A stretch of DNA of 64,000 nt from NCBI GenBank assembly GCA_965645245.1, contig OZ287072.1, forward strand, positions 930,001-994,000, read 5' to 3'. Source of the DNA: Massalongia carnosa. Its lineage: Eukaryota. The position numbers and the translations under genes were made by a program. Positions 62,020-64,000 of the stretch are shown piece by piece (within the stretch, counting starts at the first letter, position 1; each line of letters opens with the position of its first letter). The notes beneath the pieces are model-generated. The model saw nothing but the letters and a program-made list of their open reading frames with translations, was not told where the DNA came from and ran no database searches.

Positions 62020-64000
62020 TGCTTTATCCTGTCCATGGATTATCTTATTATGACTTTATATCAATATATACTTGACAAAAATCATATCTAATAAGAATCC
62101 AAAAATGCGAAAATACATTATCTTCCCTCTTTCAGAGCACCAATTTAACTATCTACACCTCCTTTTCCCCAAAGAACCTAGTCTTCCTATTCTCCATCAT
62201 TATCTCGGTCCTAAAGTTTTCCCTCGTTTGACCTGTTATGGAAATCCTAAACTTAAAAAACTATTACTGAAGATAACTTAACCATCTACTAGTCGTATCT
62301 CGTCCCCCTTGGAGGCCCACACGATCCCCCATCGCTGGTTTAACTTTGTTCACTGCCTCTCTCTCTCTATCTCTACTGTGTAAGTAATATATCTTCGGCG
62401 AACAAAATCTTTCACTAAGGAGGGTGTTTGGGAGACGGATTATTTATGCATTAATTTCCTAGACATGTTTCGGTCGTGGGAAATCTTAGAATGTCTTCTA
62501 GGCCATGAACTCCTTGTCCAACGCCTGTTACTTATAATGAGATTGACTAATCACCTAAAGGGCTTGTAGAGAAAGCTATCTTAGATTATAAGGTTGAGAA
62601 ATCAGGTGAGTGAGACTAAGGTAGCTGAGAAGATGAAAGATGGAGATAAGTTGATGAAGGTGAGTAGGAGGTATTTAGTGAATGTGATAGGCGATATGGA
62701 GGTTCCTTTGATGAAGCTGGTGCAGTGGACTCATGACCTCATGGGAGTTTTAGGGGAGAGAGGCTGGCGCTGATGAGCCTGGAGAGCCCATGTAGAGTAT
62801 ATGCTCAAAATATTGGAGAATGTATTTATGAGGAGAGCCTTTGGTGTTCGAAGTTTACCGCTTGTGGTTGACAGCAAGCTATGTAATGTTACCCGAATTA
62901 TGAAGCTAGGTTTGCCAGGCGACCAAATTCTTAAGCAAGCATCTATCTAGAATTGAAACCAATTTGCATGCTTGCCTCTTGCCCTTCTCAGCATTGGCGC
63001 GATAGCCCGACTCAGGATCTCCGGCTTCATTACCCATGTACACTTGCAAACAATACATATGATCTGGTGGCGCCTGCAGATGGTGCCGTTATGCCTGTAA
63101 GAACCCTGGCGCCGGCTCTCTCGCCGCAGCAATAGTGTTTCATGCCTTGAAAAAGCTTCCGGCCGTAAGTATATGGGAATTCTTTGCCATTGGAAAAATC
63201 GCGACGCTTTCGCCTTTGGGAGTTTGATGATTCATTGTCTTTAAAATAGGAAAGAGCATCTGGTGGGGTTCCGAAGATCTAGATAGCAAGAAAAGGGTTG
63301 TGATAAGGGGCAAGAAAAAGGGGTTATTTGTACTTGGTGAGCAGGGTTTAGTTTTGGGCGGAGAGAATCTCAAAGTCCCTTTAGGTTTGTAAAGCAAGGT
63401 CTGCGCTTTCCAAAAAAAATTGTATAAAAAACTACTTCCATGTTCTTGTCCTGAGATGGGGTTCCTCCGTTGAATAGGCTCTTCCCACCCAACAATAAAT
63501 CATATGCTAGGAAAAACTAAATAGCTGGAGCAGCGCTCTTAAGATAAGAGGAAAGTTACATTCATCTATTGTAAATAATTAAGCCACAAGCCGATCTTTT
63601 GAGCGATAGGAACAACTGTGCTCAATCACTTTCAACAAAGTATAGTAGTAATGGATGCCATTCCACAAGAAATTGATTAGAACGTATATAAAATTGGAGA
63701 GAGTTGATATAAAAGACTTTAAAAAGAGTAGACCTCCACAGGTTATCGCATTTGGAAGGGATCGAGAGAAGTATTACCTGGATTTCTCAGAACGGAAGGA
63801 GCTTATATGGACAGTTGTACGTGTGAAAGGTATACTCACCATCACTAGTCTCAATATTCAAGTGAAAACCCATGATCACGATGAGGATGGGGTTTTGAAA
63901 TCTTTATCGACGCCGGGATAACGTGATGGTGATTGTCGAAAGTGGCCAATCACCATCATTCATGTCAGCCCTATCACAATTCGCGTGTATTACTCTTGTC

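Overview
Eukaryotic, intron-containing, gene-dense DNA from a filamentous ascomycete (Pezizomycotina-like gene models; the species cannot be determined from the sequence alone). It holds about 25 protein genes, mostly housekeeping: DPH7, RMI1, VPS51, SKI3, a GH5 glycolipid hydrolase, an MFS transporter, DHH1, CTP1, an ISWI ATPase, AP-3 mu, a HAD hydrolase, RSM24, ALG13, a CCCH zinc-finger protein, copper amine oxidase, ALDH, PCMT, MAM33 and CFT2. There are two intron-containing tRNA genes (elongator Met, His) and three DNA-transposon insertions. Two insertions stand out. (1) An intact 1327-bp Tc1/IS630-type DD38E transposon (53819-55145) has perfect 46-bp CACG...CGTG TIRs and is flanked by a 5-bp direct repeat (GCAGT) instead of the canonical TA; a decayed relative at 48852-49276 also lacks TA at its end. 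(2) A 660-bp non-autonomous element (30630-31289) sits in a bidirectional promoter; its long TIR arms are each branched fold-backs with repeated hairpins showing a compensatory base change. All gene names come from recalled motif similarity and all exon boundaries were read by eye; no database search was run.
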